Assembly: GCA_024698685.1 (NCBI GenBank)
Contig: JAILQZ010000017.1
Coordinates: forward strand, 27,206 to 91,205
DNA from: a bacterium
GTDB lineage: Bacteria > Actinomycetota > Coriobacteriia > Coriobacteriales > CADBOM01
Direction of reading: 5' to 3'
DNA length: 64,000 nt
Made by a program: the position numbers and the translations under genes. Below the pieces are notes generated by a model. It saw only the letters and a list, made by a program, of their open reading frames with translations, did no database searches and had not been told where the DNA came from. Positions 30,607-39,912 of this stretch are shown here, piece by piece; position 1 is the stretch's first letter, and every line of letters begins with the position of its first letter.

Positions 30607-30682
30607 TGGAGCGGCGAACGGGACTCGAACCCGCAACAATCAGCTTGGAAGGCTGAGGCTCTACCAATTGAACTATCGCCGC
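30607..30682 (-). tRNA. tRNA-Gly (TCC)
   Basis: The reverse complement GCGGCGATAGTTCAATTGGTAGAGCCTCAGCCTTCCAAGCTGATTGTTGCGGGTTCGAGTCCCGTTCGCCGCTCCA has anticodon loop CTTCCAA and encoded CCA. Confidence 0.95.
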
Positions 30683-30696
30683 ATGTCAAGTTGCCG

Positions 30697-30773
<77 letters not shown>

Positions 30774-30846
30774 TCTCCTCTGGCCACGAAAAAACAGTTT
30801 ATGCAATTGGCGCTGGCTTAGCAACTCGCAATTTCGCCACCGTGCG

Positions 30847-31446
30847 CTAATTCCTTGCCACTAACTGCTCTTTGACCTTTCGCAGCGCGCGGCCCCTGTG
30901 CGAAATCGCGTTCTTCTCCTCCATCGTCAGCTCGGCCATCGAGCGCGAGCCTCCGTACTCGTCCGGCAGGAAGAGCGGGTCGTAACCGAATCCGCCCTCG
31001 CCGTGGAGATGGTCGTCGATGCTCCCCTCGACCGACTCGACCGCGGTGAGCTCGGTGCCATCGGAGTCGATGAAGACGATCGCGCAGGTGAAGCGGGCGG
31101 TGCGGTCCTCGATGCCCTCGAGCTTGGAGAGCAGCTTTGCGTTGTTGGCTGCGTTGTCGCACTGCTCGCCCGCATAGCGCGAGGAGTAGATGCCCGGAGC
31201 GCCGCCGAGCGCGTCGACGACGATTCCGGAATCGTCGGCCATGGAGGCCAGCCCGGTGTTCTCGAAGGCCGCGCGCGCCTTGATGCGCGCGTTGGCGAGG
31301 AAGGTGGTACCGTCCTCTACGGGCTCGGGGAACTCGCCGATCTGCGAAAGGGGCACGAACTCGTAGCCATCGATGTCGATGATGCTCATGATCTCGACGA
31401 CCTTGTGCGCGTTCGAGGTTGCGACAACGACTCTCTTGCTCGCCAT
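30847..31446 (-). CDS. rdgB: non-canonical purine NTP pyrophosphatase (RdgB/HAM1 family)
   Basis: Contains VVATSNAHKVVEI, the FENTGLASMADDSGIVVDALGGAPGIYSSRYAG region and FGYDPLF. It is adjacent to rph, as in many bacteria. Confidence 0.9.
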   Translation of the reverse strand: MASKRVVVATSNAHKVVEIMSIIDIDGYEFVPLSQIGEFPEPVEDGTTFLANARIKARAAFENTGLASMADDSGIVVDALGGAPGIYSSRYAGEQCDNAANNAKLLSKLEGIEDRTARFTCAIVFIDSDGTELTAVESVEGSIDDHLHGEGGFGYDPLFLPDEYGGSRSMAELTMEEKNAISHRGRALRKVKEQLVARN

Positions 31447-31449
31447 CGG

Positions 31450-32172
31450 CTACCCCTCAAGGGCCTTGCGCTGGAGCTCCATCAGCTCGCGCAGACCCTT
31501 CTCGCCCATGTCTAGAAGGGCATCGAGCCTGCCGCGATCGAAGGTTGCGCGCTCGCCGGTGCCCTGCAGCTCGATGAACTCGCCGTTGCCGTTCATTACG
31601 AGGTTCATATCGATTTCGGCGCGCGAGTCCTCGTGGTAGTCGAGATCGAGCATGATCTTGCCATCGACCATGCCGACGCTGACCGCGCTGACCTGGGTGA
31701 CGATGGGGTTTCCCTTGAGCTTGCCGGCGTTGCGCCACGTGGTGAGCGCGTCGCGAAGCGCGATCCATGCCCCGGTGATCGCCGCGGTGCGCGTGCCGCC
31801 ATCGGCCTGGATGACATCGCAGTCGAGCGTGACGGTGATCTCGCCGAGCGCCCTCATGTCCACAGCAGCTCGCAGCGATCGGCCGATCAGGCGCTGAATC
31901 TCATGCGTGCGGCCCTTCTGTCCCTTGGTCTCGCGCGGGGTGCGCGTGGCGGTCGAGGCGGGCAGCATCGAATACTCGGCGGTTACCCAGCCCTTGCCGC
32001 TGCCCTTCATCCACGAGGGAACCGACTCGTCGATGGTCGCGGCGCAGAGCACCTTGGTGTCGCCGAACTCGATCAGACACGACCCGTAGCTGTTCTTGAG
32101 GTAGTTGCGTGTGATCTTCACCGGGCGCATCTCGTTATCCGCGCGTCCGAACGACCTTTGCTGGATTGGCAT
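31450..32172 (-). CDS. rph: ribonuclease PH
   Basis: Contains [48 protein letters not shown] and [19 protein letters not shown]. Confidence 0.95.
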   Translation of the reverse strand: MPIQQRSFGRADNEMRPVKITRNYLKNSYGSCLIEFGDTKVLCAATIDESVPSWMKGSGKGWVTAEYSMLPASTATRTPRETKGQKGRTHEIQRLIGRSLRAAVDMRALGEITVTLDCDVIQADGGTRTAAITGAWIALRDALTTWRNAGKLKGNPIVTQVSAVSVGMVDGKIMLDLDYHEDSRAEIDMNLVMNGNGEFIELQGTGERATFDRGRLDALLDMGEKGLRELMELQRKALEG

Positions 32173-32187
32173 CTGCTGCCTCTCTTC

Positions 32188-33081
32188 CTACTTGGTGGTT
32201 AGCGCCTCGAGCTCATCGAGCCCGACGCCCTCGAGGGTGAAATCGCTGTTTTCGAACGTCGCCTTGATCACCTGCTCGAAGTCGCCGAGGTCGTCGGCGG
32301 TGGTGGCGAAGCGATAGAACGCATCGGAGCGGCTCTTTGCGAGATGCCCCCTGCGCTCGAGCGTCTCGTAGACATCGTTGGCTGTCTCGGTGGCCGACGA
32401 GATGATCTGCACCTCGGGGCCCATGACCTGAGAGATCAGCGGCTCGAGGAAGGGAAAGTGCGTGCATCCCATGACAAGCGTGTCGATGTTGCGCTCCTTG
32501 AGCGGATGCAGATACCCGTTCGCTATCTCTATGTGCTCGGGGTCGTCGGCAAGCCTGGCGAGAGCGCCGAGCGGGCCCGAGCCGCCCGAATGCTTCGAGT
32601 GCAGGCTCTCCTCGACGATGTCGACGAACTTGGGAGTTGCCGCGGAGAAGACCTTAATGCCAGCATCGAGGCGCTTGATCGCGCTCTCATAGGCGCCGGA
32701 CTCAACGGTCGCGGTGGTGGCGATGACCCCAACGCGGCGCGAACGCGTGGCGCGCATCGCGGCGCGGGCGCCCGGTTCCACCACGCCGAGGATCGGCACG
32801 TCGAACACCCGCTGCGCCATCTCGAGACCGGCGGCGGTGGCGGTGTTGCACGCGATGATGATCAGCTTGACGTCGTGCTCGAGCAGCCAGCTGCAGATCT
32901 GCCTCACGAAGCCGCGCGTCTCCTCGAGCGGGCGCGGGCCGTAGGGGCAGCGCTTGCTGTCGCCAAAGTACCAGATCGACTCGTTGGGAAGCTTCTCGGC
33001 GATCGCCTTGGCAACGGTGAGCCCTCCGATTCCAGAATCGAAGATGCCTATCGGCCTGCTTTTCCTGTCATTGCTCGCCAT
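32188..33081 (-). CDS. murI: glutamate racemase
   Basis: Contains IGIFDSGIGGLTV, IIACNTATA and GCTHFPFL (both catalytic Cys motifs). Start taken at the ATG at 33081. The Arg/Ser-rich 52-aa extension in the ORF track was rejected. Confidence 0.9.
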   Translation of the reverse strand: MASNDRKSRPIGIFDSGIGGLTVAKAIAEKLPNESIWYFGDSKRCPYGPRPLEETRGFVRQICSWLLEHDVKLIIIACNTATAAGLEMAQRVFDVPILGVVEPGARAAMRATRSRRVGVIATTATVESGAYESAIKRLDAGIKVFSAATPKFVDIVEESLHSKHSGGSGPLGALARLADDPEHIEIANGYLHPLKERNIDTLVMGCTHFPFLEPLISQVMGPEVQIISSATETANDVYETLERRGHLAKSRSDAFYRFATTADDLGDFEQVIKATFENSDFTLEGVGLDELEALTTK

Positions 33082-33115
33082 CAGTGACCTCGTGATTCGC
33101 CGCGCCCGTTTGCGC

Positions 33116-34429
33116 CTAGAACTCGTATCCGTTTCCAAAATTGTAGACCTGCGCGCCCGCCAGCTCGGCGCTGACGATGTTGCGGGTGTCGTAGATGACT
33201 GGTGTGCGCATCGCGGTGACGAACTCGCCGAGCGCATCGCCCTTGAACTCGTTATGATCGGTGAGGACTATCGCCAGGTCTGCGCCCTCGAAGAGCGCCT
33301 TGGGATCGCTGCAGCCATACTGCTCGACATGCGGGTCGAAAACGGCGACGCTATAGCCGCGCTCCTCGAGAAGCGCGATCGCATCCATCGCCGGTGATTG
33401 CCTGCAGTCGTCGATGTTGCCCTTGTAGGTGACGCCGAGCGCCACGACCTTCGCGCTCCTAGGCGCGATCCCACGAGCGGCGAAGTGCGCGTCGACCTTG
33501 CCGCAGACGAATTCCGGCATGCCGCAGTTGATGTCGCGGGCCAGCTTGATCAGCCTTGCGGTCTCGGGAGCCTTCGCGCAGATGAAGTACGGATCGATCG
33601 CCAGGCAGTGCCCGCCGACTCCCGGCCCAGGGGTGTGAAGGTTGACGCGCGGATGCTTGTTCGCGAGCCTGATGACTTCGAGGCAATCGATGTCGAGCTT
33701 GTCGCAAACCATAGCAAGCTCGTTGGCAAGCGCGATGTTGACGTCGCGGAAGGTGTTCTCCATGCACTTCGAGAGCTCGGCGACCTTTGCCTCGGTCTGC
33801 AGGATCTCGCCGGCGACGAAGGCGCGGTAGAGCTCGGTGGCTGCGGCGGTGCAGGCAGGCGTGACCCCGCCGATGATCCTGTTGTTGTTAACGAGCTCGT
33901 AGATGATCTTGCCGGGAAGGACGCGCTCGGGACAATGCGCAACGAAGACGCTCTCGCCCACCCTAAAGCCTGCAGCCTCGACGGCTGGCACTACGAAATC
34001 GTCGATGGAGCGCGGGGCGATGGTCGACTCGACAACGAGCAGGTTGCCCTCTTCCAGCACTGGCAGGACCGACTCGACCGCAGCCATCACATAGGATAGG
34101 TCGCATGCGCGCGAACCGTCGTCGACGAAGGGTGTGGGAACGGCGATGATGAAGGCGTCGGCGGGCTCGGGAGCCAGCGCCGCGCGCAGCTTTCCAGCCG
34201 CAACGGCATCGGCGACGAGCTCGGCCAATCCGGGCTCCTCGATCGTTATCCTGCCCGCATTGAGGTTGTCGACGACTCTCTCGGAAAGATCGACCGCCAA
34301 CACGTCGCAGCCGCTGCTAGCGAACATCGCCGAGGTCGGCAAGCCTATGTAACCGCAGCCGACGACGCAGACCCTCTTATCCAATGCTTCCCTCTTCCCT
34401 GCCGAGACGCGGCACCATCGCCAGCGCAA
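33116..34429 (-). CDS. wecC: UDP-N-acetyl-D-mannosamine dehydrogenase (nucleotide-sugar dehydrogenase family)
   Basis: The Rossmann motif VCVVGCGYIGLPT is followed by LNAGRITIEEPGL (WecC/Cap5O-like), and the catalytic region is GPGVGGHCLAIDP. wecB is in the same locus. The true start may be the TTG at 34384, preceded by GGGAAGAGGGA. Confidence 0.75.
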   Translation of the reverse strand: MRWRWCRVSAGKREALDKRVCVVGCGYIGLPTSAMFASSGCDVLAVDLSERVVDNLNAGRITIEEPGLAELVADAVAAGKLRAALAPEPADAFIIAVPTPFVDDGSRACDLSYVMAAVESVLPVLEEGNLLVVESTIAPRSIDDFVVPAVEAAGFRVGESVFVAHCPERVLPGKIIYELVNNNRIIGGVTPACTAAATELYRAFVAGEILQTEAKVAELSKCMENTFRDVNIALANELAMVCDKLDIDCLEVIRLANKHPRVNLHTPGPGVGGHCLAIDPYFICAKAPETARLIKLARDINCGMPEFVCGKVDAHFAARGIAPRSAKVVALGVTYKGNIDDCRQSPAMDAIALLEERGYSVAVFDPHVEQYGCSDPKALFEGADLAIVLTDHNEFKGDALGEFVTAMRTPVIYDTRNIVSAELAGAQVYNFGNGYEF

Positions 34430-34439
34430 TCGGCCAGAA

Positions 34440-36668
34440 CTACTTGGTCTTCTTCAAGCCCAGCGCGAACTCGCGCGTGATGCCCTCGACCTTGATCAGC
34501 CTCTCGCCCTCCATCTGGGACAGCGGGCTTCCTGGCTTGCACTCAGCTATTATATGGCCTCCTGCCGACTCGTAATCGGTGTACTTCGATGGAAGCCACG
34601 GTATGCAGCCGTAAATATCATCCATGTCGTTGAGATAGAGGTAGTCCATCTTGCTCGCGAGGTTGAGGAACTCGAAAAGCGGCTTGTAGGAGTTGACCTT
34701 GACCTGCGCGCCTGCAACGTCACCTACCTTGCTGTCGGCGCTGACGAATAGATGCAGCACGACATCGGGGTTGGCAGTGAGCCCCAGCATGCTCTCGCAG
34801 TTGCGCGTCTCATAGAACTTGCCGAAGTACGCGATGTTGATCTTGCTCGGGTCGAGCACGTAGCCGGTCTTGACAAGATCGTTGTAGCGCGCATCCATAG
34901 CGGGCTGGCGCATGATGACGGCGTGCTCGAGAACGCGCGGCTCGAGCTCCTTGACCCTGTTGTAGCTCAGCATGAAGTCGCGTTGGTTGGCGTTGGTGAA
35001 CATGATGACGTCGGCGGCACCGTAGACGCACAGTTCGCACTCCTCGTAGAAGTGCGACAGCAGCTCGCGGTCTGCCTCGCGCAGGCTCTCGTACTCGTCG
35101 CGGATCACGCCGTTGTTGGACATGTTGAGCGGATCGGAGAACTCCGCATACCACTTCGTCTGCGGGTTAGCCTTCTTGTAGAGATAGGCGGCGATATGGG
35201 AACCTGGGCGATCGGAGCGCGAGTAGATGACCTCTGCGGGAAGGTTGCGCGCGGCATTGTATGCGGCGACCCCATAGTAGAGCTGCCTGCGCCTGTCGAT
35301 GCTGCTCCAGCCGCCAAGCTCGGTGCGCGCGCTGAACGCGAAGCGAGCGAAGAGCTTGTCGAAGGGCTCGTCGGTGTCCTTCCTGTCGGACATGTCCTTC
35401 GAGAAGACGCTCCAGTTGAAGGGCGCGCCCTCCAGCTCGTCGATCTCGCCGAGGCGCTTGGTTGCGACGAACGCCGGCGGGAAGACCGAGGGCGAGAAGC
35501 AGTAGCTGAAGCAGATCGCAGGATGCTCGGAGAACATGCTGCGGTTGATGAAGATGCCGTCGTAGGCGAAGACGGCCTCTCGGATCTCGTTGCGCTCGTC
35601 CTCGGGGGCGATGTCGTAGCGCGCCTTGAGCTGCTCGATCTGCCAGAAGATGAGGTTGGTCGCGAAGATCTTGTGCTCAAGGTCCTCGCACTCGTCGAAG
35701 GCGAGGCGTTCGAGCTCGGCGATGCAAGCGATGACGCTCTCGACGGGCGCCTGTTCGCCCTCGCGATCGATCACCCAGGCAATCTCGGAACTTTCCAGCG
35801 CTGGCGCATAGGCCTGCTCGCTGTCCTCGGTGAAGCCGAGAACCTTCTTCGCCATCTTCGGATATGCACGAACCCAGACCGCTGGGGCGCAGACGCTGCC
35901 GCTGCTTGGCAGGCACTCCTCGAGAAGGCCTTTGCGGAGGAGCTTGCCGCAAAGCGAGGAGTAGATGAACCGATGCCGAGTGGCCTTGTTCCCGATATGG
36001 GAGAGGTAGTAGTTGTGCCAGGCCTCGAAGCCAGCGGTCTTGCTAGGGAGCACCTTGCAAACCTCGCCATCGACGAGCCTGCCGAGGAAGCCAAGGGCAA
36101 GGTCGTGGCTGGAATCGATGTTCTTGGCGAGCTCGGCGAGGTACCCGCCAGTGATGGCATCGCCTGCGTTGAAGATGATGATGTGCGTCTTGCTCGCCTT
36201 GGCGAGAGCGGAACGCAATGCGGCCGCCGAACCGCCATCGCCATCGAGCTCGATGATCTCGAGGTTGAGGCCGTCCCTCGCCGCCTCCACCGAGGCGCGA
36301 GTCGCCGCGAGAGCCGCAGCGTCGCCATTGGTTGCGATGAGGACGCTGATGCCGAACGTGGGAGAGGGAGCCTTCTTCGAAAGCCTCTTGGCGGCCTTGC
36401 CGAAGGCTGAATGCCTATGCGAGCTCTTGCCCAAGCTCTGAGCGCCAGCGCTTGAGCCGGCCTTGCCGAGCTCCTTCTCGAGCTTCGCGATCCTGCTGTC
36501 CTTCTTGCGCTCCTCTGCGGAGAGGATGCCCAGCTCGTCTGTGAGAAGATCGAGCGCGTAGCTCTGCTTCGACATCTCGTCGAGATAGGTCAGGAAGCGC
36601 TCGTGTTGCGCCTTGTCCTCGTCGGCGTAGGGCGCTGCCTGGTAGTTCGAGTGCCTGTAATCGGACAT
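34440..36668 (-). CDS. large multidomain protein of a cell-wall glycopolymer locus (putative glycosyltransferase), function unknown
   Basis: 742 aa. It starts with an N-terminal coiled-coil segment. A GT-A-like region follows (ISVLIATNGD...EIIELDGDGGS...IIIFNAGD). The C-terminal ~330 aa include IAYFGKFYETRN and LHLFV, possibly a GT-B/TagF-like fold. It sits between wecB and wecC with tight gene spacing. Confidence 0.45.
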   Translation of the reverse strand: MSDYRHSNYQAAPYADEDKAQHERFLTYLDEMSKQSYALDLLTDELGILSAEERKKDSRIAKLEKELGKAGSSAGAQSLGKSSHRHSAFGKAAKRLSKKAPSPTFGISVLIATNGDAAALAATRASVEAARDGLNLEIIELDGDGGSAAALRSALAKASKTHIIIFNAGDAITGGYLAELAKNIDSSHDLALGFLGRLVDGEVCKVLPSKTAGFEAWHNYYLSHIGNKATRHRFIYSSLCGKLLRKGLLEECLPSSGSVCAPAVWVRAYPKMAKKVLGFTEDSEQAYAPALESSEIAWVIDREGEQAPVESVIACIAELERLAFDECEDLEHKIFATNLIFWQIEQLKARYDIAPEDERNEIREAVFAYDGIFINRSMFSEHPAICFSYCFSPSVFPPAFVATKRLGEIDELEGAPFNWSVFSKDMSDRKDTDEPFDKLFARFAFSARTELGGWSSIDRRRQLYYGVAAYNAARNLPAEVIYSRSDRPGSHIAAYLYKKANPQTKWYAEFSDPLNMSNNGVIRDEYESLREADRELLSHFYEECELCVYGAADVIMFTNANQRDFMLSYNRVKELEPRVLEHAVIMRQPAMDARYNDLVKTGYVLDPSKINIAYFGKFYETRNCESMLGLTANPDVVLHLFVSADSKVGDVAGAQVKVNSYKPLFEFLNLASKMDYLYLNDMDDIYGCIPWLPSKYTDYESAGGHIIAECKPGSPLSQMEGERLIKVEGITREFALGLKKTK

Positions 36669-37769
36669 CTACTGCAACCTCTCCTCGATGATCCTCACGA
36701 TGCGCTGCGAGGCAAATCCATCTCCATAGGGATTGGCCGCGTGTGCCATGGAATCGTAGGTCTCCTGGCTGTCGAGCATCTCGCGACATGCGGCGTAGAT
36801 GGCATCTTCGCTGGTGCCGACGAGCCTCAGGGTGCCGGCCTCCACTCCCTCGGGGCGCTCGGTGACGTCTCTCATGACCAATACCGGCTTGCCCAACGAT
36901 GGCGCCTCCTCCTGGATTCCGCCGCTGTCGGTGAGAATCAGGTGGCTGCGCGCCATGAAGTTGTGGAAGTCGAGGACATCGAGCGGCTCGATGAGGTGAA
37001 GCCTCTCGCAGCCTGAAAGCTCGGCGTCGGCTATCTCGCGCACGATGGGGTTCCTGTGAACCGGATAGACCGCCTTGACATCGGGGGTCTCTTCGATGAT
37101 GCGGCGGATGGCACGGAACATGCCATGCATCGGCTCGCCAAGGTTCTCCCTGCGGTGCGCCGTGATCAGAATGAGGCGGCTATCGCCCGCCCAATCGAGC
37201 TCGGGATGGCTGTAGTCGCTGCGCACCGTGGTCTTGAGCGCATCGATCACGGTGTTTCCCGTGACGAAGACAGTGCCGGGATCCTTGCACTCGTCGAGGA
37301 GGTTGGTCTTCGAGGCCTCGGTCGGCGCGAAATGGAGGCTGGTGACGATGTCGACAGCCTGTCGGTTGAACTCCTCCGGATATGGAGCGGTGAGGTCGCG
37401 CGTTCTCAGCCCGGCCTCGACATGCCCCACGGGAACCTGCCTGTAGAATGCCGCGAGTGCCGCAGCGAATGTCGTGGTGGTGTCGCCGTGAACGAGCATG
37501 AGGCTTGGCTTGCACTCATCGATGATCCCCTGCATGCCAATCAGCACGCGCGTGGTGATGTCGGAAAGCGACTGCCCGTCCGTCATCACGCTGAGATCGT
37601 AATCTGGCACCACATCGAATGCCTCCAGCACCTGGTCGAGCATCTCCCTGTGCTGTCCAGACACGCAGACGACGGTCTCGAGCCTCGGAGACCTCTTGAG
37701 CTCGAGGACCAGAGGGCACATCTTGATTGCCTCCGGACGCGTTCCGAATACGACGAGGACGGTTTGCAT
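36669..37769 (-). CDS. wecB: UDP-N-acetylglucosamine 2-epimerase (non-hydrolysing)
   Basis: MQTVLVVFGTRPEAIKMCPLV, HGDTTTTFAAALAAFY, HVEAGLRT and LTDSGGIQEEAPSLGKPVLVMR are canonical WecB/MnaA motifs. Confidence 0.9.
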   Translation of the reverse strand: MQTVLVVFGTRPEAIKMCPLVLELKRSPRLETVVCVSGQHREMLDQVLEAFDVVPDYDLSVMTDGQSLSDITTRVLIGMQGIIDECKPSLMLVHGDTTTTFAAALAAFYRQVPVGHVEAGLRTRDLTAPYPEEFNRQAVDIVTSLHFAPTEASKTNLLDECKDPGTVFVTGNTVIDALKTTVRSDYSHPELDWAGDSRLILITAHRRENLGEPMHGMFRAIRRIIEETPDVKAVYPVHRNPIVREIADAELSGCERLHLIEPLDVLDFHNFMARSHLILTDSGGIQEEAPSLGKPVLVMRDVTERPEGVEAGTLRLVGTSEDAIYAACREMLDSQETYDSMAHAANPYGDGFASQRIVRIIEERLQ

Positions 37770-37876
37770 CCTACTCCTTCACTCGCTGGACTTGCCGAAC
37801 TGAGAGCCAGATTGGTGCAATTCCAAGTATACCAGCATGATACAATCTGGAAGATTCGTCATCCGTAAGGAGAAGC

Positions 37877-39577
37877 ATGCCCGCAGGCACCATCGACATC
37901 AGATCCATCGGCGATTGCCTCGTCGTTTCCCTTCCCAGCGCAACAATCGATGCAAGGGACAGCTCGGGGATCGCTGCAACGGTAGCCAAGGCGCTCGAGA
38001 GGTCAGCCGCGCAATACGTCGCCATCGGGTGCGGCGAGATAGACAGGGCAGCTGTTGCGGCAATGTGCAGGCGCGCCAAAGAGTGCAGCTTGGACTTGCT
38101 GATTGGGCGCGAGGACGGCTTCAACGACACCTACTATGGGGTGTTCGACGGACCCAAGATGTTCACGAAGATGCGCCTTGCCGGCGATCTCCACGCGGGA
38201 ATCGAGCGCGCGCTCTATAGAAGCGACTTCCTGATCGAGCTTGGAATTCGCCCCCTTTCGGGAATCACGCACCCAACGATGACTCTCTTCCTCGAGGCGC
38301 TGATTGCGGCCAAGCGCGTCTCATGCGCCTCTGCCGCATCCCTTGGCATGGAACCCTACGGGGTGTCCTCGGCCTTTGCCAGCGACGCGGAGCTGTTCAG
38401 CTCCTTCGAGGAGACCCTTGCCGAAGGATGCTCTCTCTTCGCGATCGCCGATGCCCTGAAATCGTTCGCAGACGAGAAGGCGATGCTGGCCGGCGCCATC
38501 TTCCAGAACAATCTCGACAGCCTGCTCGACGAATTGCTCCTGGAAGCGCACGCGAGGATTTCCAGCGCTTCGAAGCGCAAACTTACCGCGCAGGCAAGCG
38601 GGCTTCCTTCGGATATCGCCGCTCGCCTCATCGCCAGCGCCAGCCTCCTCCCGAAAAGCGCGATCAAGCAGATGACGAAGGAGCGGGAGAAGCTGGCCAA
38701 AACGAGAAGGTCCACCATGCGCGCCGCAAGGTCGAAGGCGGCCGCATTGCGCACCTTCACGCGAAGGACGACCGACCCTGGGGTCACCGTCGAGAAGCGC
38801 CCGGTGCAAGTGGTTGCATCGCTTACCTCCTTCCCTGCGCGCATCGACAGCATCTACCCGGCTATCGAGAGCATCATGGCGCAGACCGTCAAGGCCGATC
38901 GCATCGTGCTCTGGCTCGCGTTGGAGCAGTTCCCTCGCAAGGAGGCGGACCTGCCGCGACGTCTGCTCGATATCAGGGGACGCGGTTTGGAGATTCGCTG
39001 GTGCGAGCGCGACATCATGCCCTATAAGCGCAGCGTATGCTGCATGCAGGAATTCCCCGAGAGCATCGTCATCGCCTTCGATGACGATCTGCTCTTCCCC
39101 GACGACACCATCTCGCATCTGCTCGAGTCATACGAGAAACACCCTCGCGCGATCTCCGCGATGCGCACCCACACGATGCTCTTCAAGGAGGATGGCTCGA
39201 TCGAGAGTTATCGCGACTGGGGCTTCGAGGACAGCAGCTATGTCGACGAAGAGCGCATGGACCTCTTCGCGACCATGGGTGCCGGCACCCTCTTCCCGCC
39301 TGGCCTGCTGCCAAGCGAGGCTCTCGATGTCGATTGCCTCATGGAGCTCGCATCTGGAGGAGACGACCTGTGGTTCAAGGTGATGGAGCTGATCGCAGAC
39401 GTTCCAGTCGTGCTTGCGCGCGAGTATCGCAAGCTCGCGAGCGTTCCGGGCACCCAGGAAGTCTTCTCCCTTTGGAGCGACAACAGGCTCTCTTCGGGCA
39501 ATGATGCGACACTGGCCAAATTGCTCGACAGGTTCGGATGGGACCTGCTCGACAAGTGCCGTGACGCGGCTCGCTAG
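37877..39577 (+). CDS. two-domain protein: unknown N-terminal domain plus C-terminal GT-A-type glycosyltransferase
   Basis: The start has RBS AAGGAG and a TACAAT -10-like box upstream. The C-terminal ~270 aa show SLTSFPARIDSIYPAIESI, FDDDLLFP (a DxD-type motif) and GGDDLWF. The N-terminal ~290 aa have no motif I recognise. Confidence 0.55.
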   Translation: MPAGTIDIRSIGDCLVVSLPSATIDARDSSGIAATVAKALERSAAQYVAIGCGEIDRAAVAAMCRRAKECSLDLLIGREDGFNDTYYGVFDGPKMFTKMRLAGDLHAGIERALYRSDFLIELGIRPLSGITHPTMTLFLEALIAAKRVSCASAASLGMEPYGVSSAFASDAELFSSFEETLAEGCSLFAIADALKSFADEKAMLAGAIFQNNLDSLLDELLLEAHARISSASKRKLTAQASGLPSDIAARLIASASLLPKSAIKQMTKEREKLAKTRRSTMRAARSKAAALRTFTRRTTDPGVTVEKRPVQVVASLTSFPARIDSIYPAIESIMAQTVKADRIVLWLALEQFPRKEADLPRRLLDIRGRGLEIRWCERDIMPYKRSVCCMQEFPESIVIAFDDDLLFPDDTISHLLESYEKHPRAISAMRTHTMLFKEDGSIESYRDWGFEDSSYVDEERMDLFATMGAGTLFPPGLLPSEALDVDCLMELASGGDDLWFKVMELIADVPVVLAREYRKLASVPGTQEVFSLWSDNRLSSGNDATLAKLLDRFGWDLLDKCRDAAR

Positions 39578-39671
39578 CTGCGCCTGCGCCCGAGCCTGCC
39601 CGTTATTTCCCGATAGCGATGTTTGTCGGCTCGCTCCCGAATCAAATGCTATACTACGTTCTATCGCAAAA

Positions 39672-39747
39672 GCCGATGTAGCTCAGCTGGTAGAGCAACG
39701 CACTCGTAATGCGTAGGTCAGGGGTTCGAGTCCCCTCATCGGCTCCA
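39672..39747 (+). tRNA. tRNA-Thr (CGT)
   Basis: GCCGATGTAGCTCAGCTGGTAGAGCAACGCACTCGTAATGCGTAGGTCAGGGGTTCGAGTCCCCTCATCGGCTCCA has anticodon loop CTCGTAA and encoded CCA. An extended -10 (TGCTATACT) lies at 39647-39655. Confidence 0.95.
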
Positions 39748-39912
39748 GTGATGTCAGGAGCCCTTAAGAGGTTTCAGGCCGAACGAGCCCGGAACGGCAA
39801 GCGCCGAGGGGACGAGAACCCGAAAGGGAACGACAGCCCAGCGGGCTGTCGTTGACCGAGCGCCATTGGCGCGAGGCCCCAAAAGCGCGAGTTCCGCAGA
39901 AGCGAAGCGGTT

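Noticed and set aside
39748-39912. An SRP RNA (ffs) or other known small RNA in the spacer after tRNA-Thr, suggested by GTCAGG, CCCGGAACGG and AAGCGCC strings reminiscent of SRP helix 8.
   Set aside because: The GGAA would be closed by a C-C mismatch, and only a 3-bp stem forms around it. The conserved symmetric and asymmetric loop sequences and the long closing helix of SRP RNA are missing. A second, degenerate tRNA ending at 39935 was also tested, and no acceptor or T-stem 5' partners are present.
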